Origin: Eledone cirrhosa
Taxonomy: Eukaryota
DNA: 64,000 nucleotides
NCBI GenBank assembly: GCA_964016885.1
Contig: OZ024754.1
Span: forward strand, 1,550,001-1,614,000
Direction of reading: 5' to 3'
The notes below the pieces were generated by a model. That model saw only the letters and a list, made by a program, of their open reading frames with translations, was not told the origin of the DNA and searched no databases. Position numbers and translations under genes: made by a program. Within the stretch, counting starts at the first letter, position 1. Each line of letters begins with the position of its first letter. This document shows, one piece after another, positions 62,599-64,000 of the stretch.

Positions 62599-63075
62599 TT
62601 ATATAGAATTCACAAGAATCAAAGCTATGTTCAAAGCATTTATTCACTTACAATTGTTTCATCCAAACCTAGGCTTGGAGTTTTCGGAGAATTTTTCAAT
62701 GTTTGTACATATAATTATATTGATGTACAGTGGAGTGACATATATTATACTATAGTATAATATATGTCACTCCACTGTACATCAATATATATATATGTAT
62801 CTGTATGTCTCTTGCGTTGGATAGAAGGTCAATTATATGTACAAACATTGAAAAATTCTCCGAAAACTCCAAGCCTAGGTTTGGATGAAACAATTGTAAG
62901 TGAATAAATGCTTTGAACATAGCTTTGATTCTTGTGAATTCTATATAACTGCTCTGTAGAACAACTGATGTTCTTACATTGAGCTATTTATCTTACTGGT
63001 AATAAGGTAGTAATAAATTACTGACCTTCACTGTTTAAGGTTTAAAATATACATAACCATAAATAGTATCCTTAA
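62599..63075 (+). mobile_element. Young nested fold-back element with hammerhead-like motif
   Basis: Perfect 118-bp arms (62599-62716 / 62831-62948) enclosing a perfect 74-bp palindrome (62716-62789). Tail hairpin at 62951-62984; TA flanks. The right boundary is approximate. Confidence 0.65.
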
Positions 63076-63086
63076 TATTATATATA

Positions 63087-63373
63087 TATATCAACTAGAA
63101 ATTGATTGACATATATATATTTAAAATAAACACATGAAACAATCACAAGGGATAATTTGTAAAGTGTGTAATCACACATAGCTAGGTAGGTAACTAATTA
63201 ATTATCCCCTGTGATTGTTTCATGTGTTTATTTTAAATATATATATATATGTCAATCAATCTCTAGTTAATATAAAATGCTCGGATCTATTCATTGGAAT
63301 CTTTGAACTTATTCTACGGTGGATATGGCGCATGTCTCGGACATGACTCCCTTAATTTAATTCAATTCAATTA

Positions 63374-63378
<5 letters not shown>
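63087..63378 (+). mobile_element. Fold-back element in (TA)n with tail
   Basis: Arms of about 71-75 bp (63087-63157 / 63200-63274), a 42-nt spacer and a tail of about 100 nt ending at (TA)n. Confidence 0.55.
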
Positions 63379-63460
<82 letters not shown>

Positions 63461-63742
63461 TGGAATTGAAAATTGCACGAAAAATATATTTAACGGATCT
63501 GTTTTTCTTCTTCTTTGATTCGTCAAAGTGACATTATTGGAAAAATGAGAGGAACTATTTTTTTTTTTAAATGGAGTTTTATAATGTATATAAAATATAT
63601 AAAATATAACCGGTTTCGATGTATCAGTGTAATCCATCTTATCAAATGTTGAATATTACAATTAAAAATAATCTAAAATTTAAAATTTAGTGTTGAAGGT
63701 CTGTTCATGACACACACAAACACACACACACATGTATATATA

Positions 63743-63824
<82 letters not shown>

Positions 63825-64000
63825 GATAATTCTATAAGTTGATAACACAACAGCAAGGTATTGAGATATCTATTTAGAGCTCAAATGTGGTTTATTTTAT
63901 ATTCAGAATAACGAGAGATATTTCAGGGGTAAATCCAATTGGTAAAGTTCTGGTCATCTTAGATTTAAACCACAAAGTATATATATATATATATATATAT

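Overview
Eukaryotic, AT-rich and extremely microsatellite-dense genomic DNA. The repeat landscape and SINE sequences look like an octopus or other cephalopod; this is an inference from memory, not a database result. There is a 200-N scaffold gap at 24618-24817. The only recognisable protein-coding gene is a spliced LIM-domain-only gene (LMO1/3 / Beadex-like) on the + strand, with three exons at 30465-33135 giving 178 aa from ATG 30470. Its C-terminus has an SSGYGS degron-like motif, and two miR-9 seed matches lie downstream. Almost all ORFs in the supplied track are translations of simple repeats. The rest of the window is tRNA-derived SINEs of at least three families, 3' fragments of RTE- and Tx1/L1-type LINEs, a hAT MITE with an 8-bp TSD, a mariner-like MITE and several minisatellites. 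The most interesting signal is a dispersed set of short fold-back elements next to (TA)n tracts. Several carry minimal type-I hammerhead ribozyme motifs. All end in an unduplicated tail that starts with a covarying hairpin with a 2-nt bulge. This architecture fits Penelope-like retroelement termini.
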